From NCBI GenBank assembly GCA_013697045.1, contig JACCXJ010000253.1:1-47594 (forward strand): 47,594 nucleotides of DNA, in the 5' to 3' direction. The translations under genes and the position numbers were made by a program. Below the pieces are notes generated by a model. That model searched no databases. It was not told the DNA's origin and saw only the letters and a program-made list of their open reading frames with translations. The stretch comes from Gammaproteobacteria bacterium. Lineage in GTDB: Bacteria; Pseudomonadota; Gammaproteobacteria; JACCXJ01. Shown here in pieces: positions 8,350 through 19,262 of this stretch. The first letter of the stretch is position 1, and the number at the start of each line of letters is the position of its first letter.

Positions 8350-9962
8350 ACAAAGAGATCTTGACGGTGGTCGAGGTGGTGTCGAACGAGAAGGGTGTCG
8401 CGAAGGACATCATCTTCGAGGCCCTGGAGGCCGCGCTCGCCAGCGCCACCAAGCGACGTTTTCGCGAGGACGTGGAGGTGCGCGTCGCGATCGATCAGGC
8501 GACCGGCGACTACGAGGCCTTCCGGCGCTGGCAGGTCGTGGAGGACGCGGCCAAGGATCGGGTCGCCGCGCCCCTACCCCCGCGGGTTCACACCGGCGAC
8601 CTCGAAGACGAAGTCGCGGACACGAGCGGTGCCTTCGTTCCCGATCGCCAGATCCTCTTGAGTCAGGCGCGCGAGATCCCGGGGGGTATCGAGAGACCGG
8701 ATATCGAGATCGGTCACTTCATCGAGGAACCGATAGAGGCCTCGGAGTTCGGCCGCATCGCGGCGCAGACGGCCAAGCAGGTGATCGTTCAGAAGGTCCG
8801 CGATGCCGAGCGCGCCCAAGTGCTCGAGGCCTATCAGGACCGCAAGGGCCAGCTCGTGACCGGCACGGTCAAGCGGGTGGAGCGCGGCAACGTGATCCTG
8901 GACCTCGGCGGCAACGCCGAGGCCTTGATCGCCAAGGAAGAGATGCTGCCGCGGGAGATCGTACGGCCCGGCGACCGGCTGCGCGGCTATCTACGCGATG
9001 TGCGGCCGGAGAAGCGCGGCCCGCAGCTGTTCGTGAGCCGGACCGCGACCGATCTCCTGATCGAGCTGTTCCGCCTCGAGGTCCCCGAGATCGGCGAAGG
9101 GCTCATCGATGTCCTCGGTGCGGCGCGCGACCCCGGGGTGCGGGCCAAGATCGCCGTGCGCAGCCGCGACCCGCGCATCGATCCCGTCGGCGCGTGCGTC
9201 GGGATGCGCGGTTCCAGGGTTCAGGCCGTCTCCAACGAGTTGGGCGGCGAGCGGGTGGACATCATCCAGTGGAACGAGAACCCCGCGCAGTTCGTCATCA
9301 ATGCCATGGCGCCGGCCGACGTCGTGTCGATCCTGGTGGATGAAGATTCACACAGCATGGACGTGGCCGTGGGCGAGGATCAGCTCTCCCAGGCCATCGG
9401 GCGCAGCGGACAGAACGTGCGCCTGGCGAGCCAGCTCACCGGCTGGGAGCTGAACGTCATGACCGAGGCGGAGGCCGCCGAGAAGTCCGAGACCGAGATC
9501 CAGCGTATCCAGAAGGTGTTCATGGAGGGCCTCGAGGTCGACGAGGAGATCGCCAACATCCTGGCCCAGGAGGGGTTTTCCAGCATCGAGGAGGTGGCCT
9601 TCGTGCCCGAGAAGGAGATGCACGACATCGAGGAATTCGACCCCGATCTGATCGTGGAGCTGCGCAATCGGGCCAAAGACTGGCTGTTGACCCGCGCCAT
9701 CGCCAACGAAGAGCGCATGGGCGACATCAAGCCCGCCGAGGATCTGCTGGCAATGGCGGGCATGGACCCCGATCTGGCGTTCACCCTGGCCAGCCACGGC
9801 ATCCTGACGCTGGAGGACCTGGCGGACCAATCGGTGGACGAGCTCTGCGAGGTCGGGGACATCGCCCCGGAGCGCGCCGCCGAGCTCATCATGGTGGCGC
9901 GCGCCCCGTGGTTCGCATCGGCCGCAGAGGGGCAACCGGTCGGAGACAGGCTCGATGGCTGA
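8346..9962 (+). CDS. nusA: Transcription factor NusA
   Basis: [26 protein letters not shown]1/KH domains and AR repeats. Confidence 0.98.
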   Translation: MNKEILTVVEVVSNEKGVAKDIIFEALEAALASATKRRFREDVEVRVAIDQATGDYEAFRRWQVVEDAAKDRVAAPLPPRVHTGDLEDEVADTSGAFVPDRQILLSQAREIPGGIERPDIEIGHFIEEPIEASEFGRIAAQTAKQVIVQKVRDAERAQVLEAYQDRKGQLVTGTVKRVERGNVILDLGGNAEALIAKEEMLPREIVRPGDRLRGYLRDVRPEKRGPQLFVSRTATDLLIELFRLEVPEIGEGLIDVLGAARDPGVRAKIAVRSRDPRIDPVGACVGMRGSRVQAVSNELGGERVDIIQWNENPAQFVINAMAPADVVSILVDEDSHSMDVAVGEDQLSQAIGRSGQNVRLASQLTGWELNVMTEAEAAEKSETEIQRIQKVFMEGLEVDEEIANILAQEGFSSIEEVAFVPEKEMHDIEEFDPDLIVELRNRAKDWLLTRAIANEERMGDIKPAEDLLAMAGMDPDLAFTLASHGILTLEDLADQSVDELCEVGDIAPERAAELIMVARAPWFASAAEGQPVGDRLDG

Positions 9963-12459
9963 CGTGACGGTCGAACAGTTCGCCCAGGTCGTCGGGATCA
10001 CCGTGGATCGCTTGATCGCACAGCTCGACGAGGCGGGACTGGCCAACCGCCAGGCCGGCGACACCATCACCGAAAACGAGAAGGGTGCCTTGCTGTCGCA
10101 CCTCCGACAGCGCCATGGGCGGGGTGCCGAAGGCAAGGAGCCGACGCGCATCGTCTTGCAGCGCAAGACCATGAGCGAGATCAAGCTCTCGGTCGAGCGC
10201 CGCGGGGCGCGGACCACCACCAAGACCGTGAGCGTCGAGTTCCGCAAGCGCCGCACCTACGTCAAGCGCAGCGTGATGACGGAGGGAGAGACCCAGAAAC
10301 GTGCCGAGGAGACGGTCGAGCGCGAACGCGTCCTGGCCCTCGAGCAGGCCGCGCAGGAAGAGACCCGCCTTGCGGACGAGCGCCGTCAGGAAGAGGAACG
10401 CCAGAGGCACGAGGCGGTCGAGCGCGAGGCCCAGGAGGCCGAGGCGCGCGAGCGCGCCCGCGCCGCGGAGCAACAGGCACGCGAGGCACCCGTGATCGTC
10501 CCCGCGCCGCCCCCGCAGCCGGCGGCGCCCGAGCAGCGGCGGCCGGCGCGGCGCCAGAAGGGGGATGGCGCACCCGCGCCGGGCCGCCAGGAGCTGCACG
10601 TCGCGACCAGCAAGTCGGGGCGCCGCAAGCGAAAGCCGATGGCGCGCCGGGTGGTCGTGCCGATCTCAACCCGGCACGGGTTCGCGATGCCGACCGCGCC
10701 CATCGTGCGCGAGGTCGCGATACCGGATCGCGTGACGGTCGCGGAGCTGGCCCAGAGGATGTCGGTCAAGGCCGCCGAGGTGATCAAGTGCCTGATGAAC
10801 GTCGGGACGATGGCGAACATCAACCAGATCATCGACCAGGAAACCGCCGCCATCGTCGTGGAAGAGATGGGGCACAAGGCCAGGCTCTTGAACGACGACG
10901 CCCTCGAGGCCGACCTCGTGCGCACCACCTCCGCGGGCGAGGCACAGGCCGATCCGCGATCGCCCGTGGTGACCATCATGGGGCACGTCGATCACGGTAA
11001 GACGTCGTTGCTCGATTACATCCGGCGCACCCGGGTCGCGGCGGGGGAGGCCGGCGGGATCACGCAGCACATCGGTGCCTATCACGTCTCGACCGACAAG
11101 GGCAGCATCACCTTCCTCGATACCCCCGGGCATGCGGCCTTCACCGCGATGCGCGCCCGCGGCGCCAAGGTGACCGACATCGTCATCCTGGTGGTCGCCG
11201 CCGACGACGGCGTCAAGACCCAGACGGTCGAGGCCATCCAGCACGCCAAGGCCGCCGCGGTCCCGATCCTGGTCGCCGTCACCAAGATCGACAAACCGGA
11301 GGCCGATCCGGATCGCGTCAAGCAAGAGCTGTCCGTGCACGGCATCCTCCCCGAGGAGTGGGGCGGCGAGGTCCTGTTTACCCCGGTGTCGGCCAAGTCC
11401 GGCGAGGGGATCGACGCCTTGTTGGAGGCCATCCTGTTGCAGGCCGAGGTGATGGAGATCACGGCCGTTCGGGACGGCCCGGCCTCCGGCACCGTGATCG
11501 AGGCGCGGCTCGATAAGGGGCGTGGACCGGTGGCCACGATCCTGGTCCAAAGCGGCACGCTCCGGAAGGGCGATGTGCTCCTGTGCGGGCAGGAGTTCGG
11601 CCGCATCCGCGCGATGCTGGACGAAAACGGGCGGTTCATCGACGAGGCCGGGCCTTCGCTACCAGTCGAGGTACTGGGTCTGTCCAATGTCCCCAATGCC
11701 GGTGACGAGGCCCAGGTCGCCCCCGATGAGCGCCGGGCGCGAGAGATCGCGCAGGTCCGTCACAGCAGACAGCGCGAGGGCAAGCTGGCCCGGCAGCAGG
11801 CCCAGAAGCTCGGCAACGTCCTGTCCCAGATGGAGGAGGGCAAGGCCAGCGCCGTGAACCTGCTCATCAAGGCCGACGTACAGGGCTCCGCGGAGGCGCT
11901 CTGCGATGCCTTGACCGGCCTGTCCACCGACGAGGTACGCGTCGATATCATCGCGAGCGGCATGGGTGGCATCACCGAATCCGATGTCAACCTGGCCGTG
12001 ACATCGCGTGCCGCCATCATCGGCTTCAATGTGCGCGCCGACGCTTCGGCGCGGCGGCGGGTCGAGGACACCGGTATCGATCTACGCTATTACAGCATCA
12101 TCTACGACGTCATCGACGATGTGAAGGCGGTGATGAGCGGTCTCCTGGCCCCGGAGGTCAAAGAGACGATCATCGGCAACGCGGAGGTCCGCGACGTGTT
12201 CCGCTCATCGCGCTTCGGCGCCATCGCCGGCTGCATCGTGACGAGCGGCGTGGTGCGCCGCAATAGCCCCATCCGGGTGCTGCGCGACAATATCGTGATC
12301 TTCGAAGGCGGCCTGGAGTCCTTACGCCGCTTCCGCGACGACGTCGCCGAGGTCAAGTCCGGCACCGAATGCGGGATCGGGGTTAAGGACTACAATGACG
12401 TCAAACCCGGCGATCAGATCGAGGTCTTCGAACGGGTCGAGTTGGCCCGCAGCCTGTAG
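9955..12459 (+). CDS. infB: Translation initiation factor IF-2
   Basis: [22 protein letters not shown]. Confidence 0.98.
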   Translation: MADVTVEQFAQVVGITVDRLIAQLDEAGLANRQAGDTITENEKGALLSHLRQRHGRGAEGKEPTRIVLQRKTMSEIKLSVERRGARTTTKTVSVEFRKRRTYVKRSVMTEGETQKRAEETVERERVLALEQAAQEETRLADERRQEEERQRHEAVEREAQEAEARERARAAEQQAREAPVIVPAPPPQPAAPEQRRPARRQKGDGAPAPGRQELHVATSKSGRRKRKPMARRVVVPISTRHGFAMPTAPIVREVAIPDRVTVAELAQRMSVKAAEVIKCLMNVGTMANINQIIDQETAAIVVEEMGHKARLLNDDALEADLVRTTSAGEAQADPRSPVVTIMGHVDHGKTSLLDYIRRTRVAAGEAGGITQHIGAYHVSTDKGSITFLDTPGHAAFTAMRARGAKVTDIVILVVAADDGVKTQTVEAIQHAKAAAVPILVAVTKIDKPEADPDRVKQELSVHGILPEEWGGEVLFTPVSAKSGEGIDALLEAILLQAEVMEITAVRDGPASGTVIEARLDKGRGPVATILVQSGTLRKGDVLLCGQEFGRIRAMLDENGRFIDEAGPSLPVEVLGLSNVPNAGDEAQVAPDERRAREIAQVRHSRQREGKLARQQAQKLGNVLSQMEEGKASAVNLLIKADVQGSAEALCDALTGLSTDEVRVDIIASGMGGITESDVNLAVTSRAAIIGFNVRADASARRRVEDTGIDLRYYSIIYDVIDDVKAVMSGLLAPEVKETIIGNAEVRDVFRSSRFGAIAGCIVTSGVVRRNSPIRVLRDNIVIFEGGLESLRRFRDDVAEVKSGTECGIGVKDYNDVKPGDQIEVFERVELARSL

Positions 12460-12947
12460 TGATTACAGCGGGAAAAAAAGGGGGTCAAAAAAAGGGGTCG
12501 GAGTCAATTTCGATTCGGCCCCGCAGGGTCTTCGAGTCTTTGTCTACGAAATTGACTCCGACCCCTTTTTTTGAAGACCGTACCCTGCGGGTCGCGGCCC
12601 TCATTCAGCGCACGCTCGCCCCGCTCTTGCAGGCGGAGGCGCGGGAACGCGGTCTGGGTCTTGTGAGCATCACGAGCGTCGCGCTCAGCCGCGATCTGCG
12701 GCATGCCAGGGTCTATGTCTCGGCGCTCTCGGGAGGCGTTCCCGATCCCATCGCGCGCATACAGCGCGGCGTCGGGCGCTATCGAGCCCATGTCGCCAAG
12801 GCGCTGCGGCTGCGGGTGGTGCCACGGCTCGTGTTCGTCGCCGATGACACACAGGCGCGCGCGGCGCGCATCAACGCGCTGCTCGCGGGCTCGAACGGCG
12901 CTCCCGGCGCTGCGTCGGCGGATCCTTGCCCGCACCCCCTTTTCTAA
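12459..12947 (+). CDS. rbfA: Ribosome-binding factor A with an N-terminal palindromic insertion
   Basis: RTLRVA..IQR.LA, SRDLRHARVYVS, LRVVPRLVF..D; synteny. Confidence 0.9.
   Translation: MITAGKKGGQKKGSESISIRPRRVFESLSTKLTPTPFFEDRTLRVAALIQRTLAPLLQAEARERGLGLVSITSVALSRDLRHARVYVSALSGGVPDPIARIQRGVGRYRAHVAKALRLRVVPRLVFVADDTQARAARINALLAGSNGAPGAASADPCPHPLF
12487..12572. repeat. MITE-like element with a perfect 26-bp inverted repeat
   Basis: AAAAAAAGGGGTCGGAGTCAATTTCG (12487-12512) and its exact complement (12547-12572), 34-nt spacer. Confidence 0.9.
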
Positions 12948-13009
12948 TTGATGATGGCGCGCGTCCTGGTCCCCCGCACCGCCTGCTCGAAAGCCCCCTG
13001 CTCGAACCT

Positions 13010-13927
13010 ATGGTCTCGCAACGGTGGCCGCGCCGTGATGTGAGCGGCATCCTGCTATTCATCAAATCGCCGGGGCCCAGCTCGAACGAGGCCCTGCAGT
13101 GCGTCAAACGCCTCTATCAGGCCCGCAAGGCCGGCCATACGGGCAGTCTGGACCGGCTCGCCACGGGGCTACTGCCGATCTGTTTCGGCGAGGCCACCAA
13201 GCTCTCCGGCTTCCTGCTCAACGCCGACAAGTGCTATCGGGCGATCGTGAAGCTCGGGGTGGTGACGACCACCGGAGACGCCGAAGGGGAGGTAATCCGC
13301 GAGCGGCCGGTGACGGACCTCGACGCGGCGCGCGTCGCCGGGGTCTTCCGCGCTATGCTGGGCGCAAAGACCCAGGTGCCGCCCATGCACTCGGCGCTCA
13401 AGCACCAGGGGCAGCGGCTCTACGAGCTGGCCCATCGTGGGATCGCGATCGAGCGCCAGCCACGTCCGATCGTGATCCATGCGCTCGACCTGGTCCGCTT
13501 TCTGGGAGACGCGCTCGAGATCGGCGTGCGCTGTTCCAAGGGGACCTATATCCGGACCCTGGCCGAGGACATCGGAGAGGCCCTCGGTTGCGGGGGGCAT
13601 GTCGCGTCCCTGGAACGAACGGCGGTCGGTGGCTTCGAGGTGCGCGACGCCATCGACCTCTGCGGGCTCACCGAGCTCGCATCCACGGGTCTCCAGGCGC
13701 TCGATGCCAGGCTCCTGCCGCTCGATTGCGTCTTGCCGGGGGAACCCGCCGTTGCGCTGTCCCGGGATGCCGCCTATTACCTGGGGCGGGGTCAGGCGGT
13801 CCTGGTGGCGCACGCGCCCAAGGCGGGCCTCGTCAAGCTCTACGACGATCGGCGCCGGTTCCTGGGGGTCGGCGAGGTGCAGGACGACGGCCGGATCGCG
13901 CCACGGCGCCTGCTCAGGACGGCATGA
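13010..13927 (+). CDS. truB: tRNA pseudouridine(55) synthase
   Basis: KAGHTGSLD, QVPPMHSALK, CSKGTYIRTL. Confidence 0.96.
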   Translation: MVSQRWPRRDVSGILLFIKSPGPSSNEALQCVKRLYQARKAGHTGSLDRLATGLLPICFGEATKLSGFLLNADKCYRAIVKLGVVTTTGDAEGEVIRERPVTDLDAARVAGVFRAMLGAKTQVPPMHSALKHQGQRLYELAHRGIAIERQPRPIVIHALDLVRFLGDALEIGVRCSKGTYIRTLAEDIGEALGCGGHVASLERTAVGGFEVRDAIDLCGLTELASTGLQALDARLLPLDCVLPGEPAVALSRDAAYYLGRGQAVLVAHAPKAGLVKLYDDRRRFLGVGEVQDDGRIAPRRLLRTA

Positions 13928-14029
13928 GCGGCGCGTGCCTCACTTGTCGTTCTCTCCTGGGGATACTAGAATCAACCTTTTGCGCCATCACGGGCTTCGA
14001 GGCATCGATACCAATGGGGAGATGACATC

Positions 14030-14296
14030 GTGCTGACCGCCGAGGCAAAGAAAGACATTGTCGATAAACACCGGCTCGCGCCCGGTGACACTGGATCGCC
14101 CGAGGTGCAGGTGGCCCTGCTGACCCGTCGCATCGAGGACCTCGGCGAGCACTTCAAGGCCCACCGCAAAGACCACCATTCCCGGCAGGGGCTTTTGCGC
14201 ATCGTCAACAAACGTCGCAAGCTCCTGGAGTACCTGAAGACGTACCACCTGCAGCGCTACCGCGATCTGATCGCGGCCTTGGGTTTGCGAAAATAG
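14030..14296 (+). CDS. rpsO: 30S ribosomal protein S15
   Basis: [26 protein letters not shown]. Confidence 0.98.
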   Translation: MLTAEAKKDIVDKHRLAPGDTGSPEVQVALLTRRIEDLGEHFKAHRKDHHSRQGLLRIVNKRRKLLEYLKTYHLQRYRDLIAALGLRK

Positions 14297-14365
14297 GCCC
14301 GGGGAACCGCTCGATCATCGTGGCGGTGCGAGAATGCCCATTGAAATCGGCCTGGGAGCCCTGTC

Positions 14366-16480
14366 ATGGCAGCAATAAGAAGAAGCTTCGAGTATGGTCC
14401 CCGGACCGTGGTGCTGGAGACCGGAGAGATAGCGCGGCAGGCCACGGCCGCGGTGATGGCCAGCATGGGCGACACCGTCGTCCTGGTGAGCGTGGTCGGG
14501 AACAAGGCGGCGATCCCGGGCCGCGACTTCTTCCCCTTGACCGTCGACTACCAGGAACGGACTTATGCCGCGGGCAAGATCCCGGGCGGGTTCTTCAAGC
14601 GCGAAGGGCGTCCCAGCGAGAAGGAGACGCTCACCTCGCGCCTGATCGACCGGCCCTTGCGGCCGCTCTTCCCCAAGGGCTTCCATCATGAGGTCCAGAT
14701 CATCGCGACGGTCCTGTCGCTGGATCCCGAGATCGACCCCGACATCCCGGCCTTGATCGGTGCATCGGCCGCGGTCAGCCTGTCGGGGCTCCCGTTCGAC
14801 GGCCCGATCGGCGCCGCGCGGGTGGGCTACATCGACGGTCAGTACGTACTGAACCCGACCTTCGGCCAGCTCGCCACCTCGGCGCTGAACCTGGTGGTTG
14901 CGGGGACAAAGAGCTCGGTGCTCATGGTCGAATCGGAGGCCCATCAGTTGTCCGAGGAGGTGATGCTCGGCGCGGTCATGTTCGGGCATGCAGAGATGCA
15001 GGTCGCGATCGACAACATCCGTGCCCTGCGCGAAGAAGCCGGGGCCGGCGCCTGGCCGTGGAGCCCGCCCCCCAAGGATCAGGCGCTCGAAGAGCGTGTC
15101 CAGTCCTTCCTCGGCGGGCGGCTGCGCGAGGTCTATGCCACGACCGACAAGCTTGCGCGGCGCGATGCCCTTGGCGCCCTGCGCAAAGAGGCCGTCGCCG
15201 CCTTGGCCGGCGGGACTTCCACGGATGCGACGCCCGGGTGGACCGAGGCGCAGGTGGCGCACGCCTTCGAACGGATCGAGCATGAGCTGGTGCGGCACAT
15301 GATCCTGGAGGAGGCCAAGCGCATCGATGGGCGGCCGATGGACGCCGTGCGGCCCATCCAGATCCGGGTCGGGCTATTGCCGCGGACCCATGGCTCGGCG
15401 CTCTTCACGCGCGGCGAGACCCAGGCACTCGTGATCACGGCCCTCGGCACCGAGCGGGATGCGCAGATCATCGATGCCATCGAGGGCGAGCGCCGGGATC
15501 CGTTCCTCCTGCATTACAACTTCCCCCCCTACTCCGTCGGTGAAACCGGCCGAGTCGGGTCGCCCAAGCGTCGCGAGATCGGTCACGGACGCCTGGCCAA
15601 GCGCGCGGTGCTGGCGGTCATGCCGGACCCGGAGGAGTTCCCCTATGTGATCCGCGTAGTGTCCGAGATCACCGAATCGAACGGATCGAGCTCCATGGCC
15701 ACGGTGTGCGGGACCAGCCTCTCGCTCATGGATGCCGGTGTTCCGGTCAAGGCGCCGGTCGCGGGCATCGCCATGGGTCTCGTCAAGGAGGGAGACAAGT
15801 TCGCCGTGCTGTCCGACATCGTGGGCGATGAGGACCACCTGGGCGACATGGACTTCAAGGTGGCCGGTACCCAGACGGGTGTCACGGCCCTGCAGATGGA
15901 CATCAAGATCAGCGGGATCACCCGCGAGATCATGCAGGTCGCGCTCGCCCAGGCGCGCGCGGGACGCTTGCACATCCTGCAAGAGATGGATGCCGTGCTG
16001 GACAAACCGCGCACCGAGATGTCCGAATATGCGCCGCGCATCATCACCATCAAGATCGATCCCGAGAAGATCAGAGACGTGATCGGCAAGGGCGGCACCA
16101 CCATCCGCGCCATCACCGAGCAGACCGGTGCCGTCATCGATATCTCCGACGACGGCACCGTGAAGATCGCCTCCGTCGACAACGCCGCCGGACAGGAGGC
16201 GCGTCGGCGCGTCGAGCAGATCACGGCCGATGTGCAGGTGGGGATGATCTATGAAGGCCGGGTCGCCAAGCTCATGGACTTCGGGGCCTTCGTCACCATT
16301 TTGCCCGGCAAGGACGGGCTCGTGCACATCTCCCAGATCTCCGAGGAGCGCGTGGAGAACGTGGGGGACAAGCTCCGGGAAGGGGATATGGTCAAGGTGA
16401 AGGTCCTGGAGGTGGACAAGCAGGGGCGCATCCGGCTCAGCATGAAGGCGGTGAACGCCGGGGACCGGGCGAGGGCATAG
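14366..16480 (+). CDS. pnp: Polyribonucleotide nucleotidyltransferase
   Basis: [31 protein letters not shown] and S1 domains. Confidence 0.98.
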   Translation: MAAIRRSFEYGPRTVVLETGEIARQATAAVMASMGDTVVLVSVVGNKAAIPGRDFFPLTVDYQERTYAAGKIPGGFFKREGRPSEKETLTSRLIDRPLRPLFPKGFHHEVQIIATVLSLDPEIDPDIPALIGASAAVSLSGLPFDGPIGAARVGYIDGQYVLNPTFGQLATSALNLVVAGTKSSVLMVESEAHQLSEEVMLGAVMFGHAEMQVAIDNIRALREEAGAGAWPWSPPPKDQALEERVQSFLGGRLREVYATTDKLARRDALGALRKEAVAALAGGTSTDATPGWTEAQVAHAFERIEHELVRHMILEEAKRIDGRPMDAVRPIQIRVGLLPRTHGSALFTRGETQALVITALGTERDAQIIDAIEGERRDPFLLHYNFPPYSVGETGRVGSPKRREIGHGRLAKRAVLAVMPDPEEFPYVIRVVSEITESNGSSSMATVCGTSLSLMDAGVPVKAPVAGIAMGLVKEGDKFAVLSDIVGDEDHLGDMDFKVAGTQTGVTALQMDIKISGITREIMQVALAQARAGRLHILQEMDAVLDKPRTEMSEYAPRIITIKIDPEKIRDVIGKGGTTIRAITEQTGAVIDISDDGTVKIASVDNAAGQEARRRVEQITADVQVGMIYEGRVAKLMDFGAFVTILPGKDGLVHISQISEERVENVGDKLREGDMVKVKVLEVDKQGRIRLSMKAVNAGDRARA

Positions 16481-16557
16481 CAACTCGCTCCCGCGTTCCC
16501 GAGAGCGCCCCTAGGGGTGAAATGGTATTTTCTCAGATAGCAGTCTTGCGAGGACAC

Positions 16558-16806
16558 ATGGTCAGCATTCGTCTCAGCCGCCACGGCACCAAGAAGAGGC
16601 CCTTCTACCACATCGTGGTGACGGACAGCCGGAACCGTCGCGATGGGCGCCATCTCGAGCGCATCGGCTACCTGGACCCCTTGGCCGCTGAAGCGGCCGC
16701 GGCCTGCAAGATCGATGTGGCGCGCGCCGGCTATTGGTTGGCCTGCGGCGCCAAGGCGTCCGCGCGCGTCGCCGGCCTGCTCAAGAAGCACGCCCCGCCG
16801 GCCTAG
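16558..16806 (+). CDS. rpsP: 30S ribosomal protein S16
   Basis: MVSIRLSRHGTKKRPFYHIVVTDSR. Confidence 0.96.
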   Translation: MVSIRLSRHGTKKRPFYHIVVTDSRNRRDGRHLERIGYLDPLAAEAAAACKIDVARAGYWLACGAKASARVAGLLKKHAPPA

Positions 16807-16840
16807 CCAACGCTCGGCCGAGGGGGCTGCCCGCGGCGCG

Positions 16841-17392
16841 ATGTCGCTGATCGCCACAGCCCAAAAGGCGATAGAGACGGCTTCCCCAGGCGGCGCGGGG
16901 TTCATAGTCCTGGGCCGCATCGCCGGCTTGCATGGCCTTCAAGGGGGGCTCAAGGTGTATTCGTACACCCGTCCCGCCGAGGGGATCCTCGAGTACACGC
17001 CCTGGTATCTGGACTTCGGCGGGGCTTGGCAGGCCGTCGTCAGGACCGATGCCTACGCCCGCCAGAAGCGGCTCATCGCGTATCTGGACGGCTTCGGCGA
17101 TCGCGATCGTGCGACCGGGCTCGTGGGCGCGGACATCGCCGTGCGGCGCGCGCAGCTCAGACCTTTGCAAGTCGGTGAGCACTATTGGGTGGACCTCATC
17201 GGCCTGGAGGCCTACACCCCGACCGGCCAGCATCTTGGGAGCGTCGTCGGCATGCTGGACACGGGGGCGAACGACGTCCTGATCGTGCGCGGCGAGCGCG
17301 ATCGCCTGGTTCCCTACGTGGAGGGGGTGTACGTCCGCAACGTCGATCTGGCGAACCGCCGGTTGGTGATCGATTGGCGCCTGGATGATTGA
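16841..17392 (+). CDS. rimM: Ribosome maturation factor RimM
   Basis: G.I...HGLQG, YWVDLIG, TGANDVL. Confidence 0.95.
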   Translation: MSLIATAQKAIETASPGGAGFIVLGRIAGLHGLQGGLKVYSYTRPAEGILEYTPWYLDFGGAWQAVVRTDAYARQKRLIAYLDGFGDRDRATGLVGADIAVRRAQLRPLQVGEHYWVDLIGLEAYTPTGQHLGSVVGMLDTGANDVLIVRGERDRLVPYVEGVYVRNVDLANRRLVIDWRLDD

Positions 17393-17395
17393 TCG

Positions 17396-18184
17396 GTGCT
17401 GCGGATCGCGGTGGTCACGTTGTTCCCCGAGATGTTTCGGGCGATCATGGACTACGGCGTTACCGGGCGCGCGGTGGCCCGGGGTGACGTCCGGATCGAG
17501 ACGCGCAACCCCCGGGACTTCGCCACGGGCCATTACCGGGCCGTGGATGATCGCCCGTATGGCGGCGGTCCCGGGATGGTGATGATGTACCGGCCGCTGG
17601 TGGACGCCATCGCCGCTGCGCGCGGCGCTCTAGGACCTGGGGCCAGCGTGATCGCGATGACGCCGCAGGGCCGTCGCCTCGATCAGGCGGCGGTCGCGCG
17701 GCTGGCGCGCCAGGGGCCGCTGGTGATCGTGGCCGGCCGCTACGAGGGCGTGGACGAGCGGGTGCTCGTGTCGCAGGTGGACGAGGAATGGTCGATCGGC
17801 GATTATGTGCTGAGCGGGGGTGAGATCGCGGCCATGGTGCTGATCGATGTGATGGTGCGCCTGCTGCCGGGCGTCCTCGGGCACGCCGACTCGGCACGCG
17901 AGGAGTCGTTCCAGACGGGGCTCCTGGATCACCCGCACTACACGCGGCCCGAGGTGATCGATGGGCGGGCGGTGCCGCCGGTGCTGCTCACGGGCGACCA
18001 TGGGGCGATCCGGCGTTGGCGGTTGAAGGCGACCCTGGGGCGGACCTGGATCAGACGGCCGGACCTCCTGGCCGAGCGGTCGTTTGGCCCGGACGAGGCC
18101 ACGCTCCTGGAAGAATACCTTCGGGAGCACCAGCTTCTTCCCTCCCCCGGGCAGGGGCAGGGGGAGGGTGAGGGCGGGGGTTGA
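17396..18184 (+). CDS. trmD: tRNA (guanine-N1)-methyltransferase
   Basis: [31 protein letters not shown]. Confidence 0.97.
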   Translation: MLRIAVVTLFPEMFRAIMDYGVTGRAVARGDVRIETRNPRDFATGHYRAVDDRPYGGGPGMVMMYRPLVDAIAAARGALGPGASVIAMTPQGRRLDQAAVARLARQGPLVIVAGRYEGVDERVLVSQVDEEWSIGDYVLSGGEIAAMVLIDVMVRLLPGVLGHADSAREESFQTGLLDHPHYTRPEVIDGRAVPPVLLTGDHGAIRRWRLKATLGRTWIRRPDLLAERSFGPDEATLLEEYLREHQLLPSPGQGQGEGEGGG

Positions 18185-18247
18185 GCGTCGCATAGTTCTG
18201 AGAAACTCAACCCCCATCCTACCCTTCCCCCTTCCAGGGGGAAGGAA
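18135..18247. repeat. GC-rich palindromic REP-like pair overlapping the trmD 3' end
   Basis: TTCCCTCCCCC...GGGGGAGGGTGAGGGCGGGGGTTGAG / CTCAACCCCCATCCTACCCTTCCCCC...GGGGGAAGGAA form imperfect inverted copies. Confidence 0.7.
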
Positions 18248-18261
18248 TCGAAAAGAGTCAG

Positions 18262-18332
18262 GTAGGGTACGCATTGCGTACAATTGCCCTTGGCGAACCG
18301 CAGGCGCCCTAGGTACGCGGTGCGTACCCTAC
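18262..18332. repeat. GTAG-type REP doublet (REPIN-like)
   Basis: GTAGGGTACGCATTGCGTAC and inverted GTACGCGGTGCGTACCCTAC. Confidence 0.85.
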
Positions 18333-18378
18333 AAGCTACTTGAATGCGCGAGCGGGTGACGGTTCGAGGAGAACGAGC

Positions 18379-18735
18379 ATGAGCCAGATCATTCAACAAA
18401 TCGAGGCGGAGATGATGACCCGCGAGGTCCCGGCGTTTCGGCCCGGGGACACGGTGGTCGTCCAGGTCAAGGTGAAGGAAGGGGAGCGCGAACGCCTGCA
18501 GGCCTTCGAGGGCGTGGTGATCGCCAGACGCAACCGGGGGCTCAACTCCTCGTTCACCGTTCGGAAGATGTCGCACGGCGAGGGCGTCGAGCGTGTGTTT
18601 CAACTCTACAGCCCGCTCATTCACGATATCACCGTGAAGCGGCGCGGCGATGTGCGCCGTGCCAAGCTCTACTACACCCGCCACTTGAGCGGCAAGGCGG
18701 CGCGCATCAAGGAAAAGATCACCCCCCGCCAATAA
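18379..18735 (+). CDS. rplS: 50S ribosomal protein L19
   Basis: [27 protein letters not shown]. Confidence 0.98.
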   Translation: MSQIIQQIEAEMMTREVPAFRPGDTVVVQVKVKEGERERLQAFEGVVIARRNRGLNSSFTVRKMSHGEGVERVFQLYSPLIHDITVKRRGDVRRAKLYYTRHLSGKAARIKEKITPRQ

Positions 18736-18788
18736 CGCGCGCGGCAATTTCTTGGATGTCGGGGCCTGGATGTCGGGGTAGCGCTTCG

Positions 18789-19262
18789 ATGGGGCAGGCG
18801 GGTGAGCACGAACGCTTCTATCGTTCACCTCTCGGTGTCCTCTGCGTACGGCTGTGCAGTCGAGGGCTTGCTGCGGTCCGTTTTCTGCCCGATGACGACG
18901 ATGGAGCGGGGCGCGATCCCGCCCCGGACCCGATCGGCAAGGAATTCGATCGCTATTTCCACGATCCCGGTCACCGCTTTTCCCTGAAGCTCTGCGCTGG
19001 GGGAACCCCGTTTCAGAAACGGGTCTGGCGCCTGCTCCAGGCGATCCCGTCCGGAAGCGTCATCACCTACGGCGAGCTGGCGCGACTCTCGGACAGTGGG
19101 CCACGCGCCGTCGCGGGCGCCTGCGGGGCGAACCCCCTCCCCATCGTGGTCCCGTGTCACCGCGTGGTCGCGGCCGAGGGCCTCGGCGGGTACATGGGCC
19201 GCTCCGAACGCGGACTCTGCATCAAACGCTGGCTGCTCCGGCATGAGCGAGCCATTTCCTAG
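18789..19262 (+). CDS. ogt: Methylated-DNA-protein-cysteine methyltransferase
   Basis: GTPFQKRVW, TYGELA, PCHRV active site. Confidence 0.92.
   Translation: MGQAGEHERFYRSPLGVLCVRLCSRGLAAVRFLPDDDDGAGRDPAPDPIGKEFDRYFHDPGHRFSLKLCAGGTPFQKRVWRLLQAIPSGSVITYGELARLSDSGPRAVAGACGANPLPIVVPCHRVVAAEGLGGYMGRSERGLCIKRWLLRHERAIS

Noticed and set aside
13930-14030. rpsO autoregulatory leader RNA
   Set aside because: Expected by position, but I could not identify the structure from the sequence.
9348-16483. Long antisense ORFs over nusA, infB and pnp (also over mfd)
   Set aside because: Shadow ORFs expected from high-GC codon bias opposite well-supported genes.
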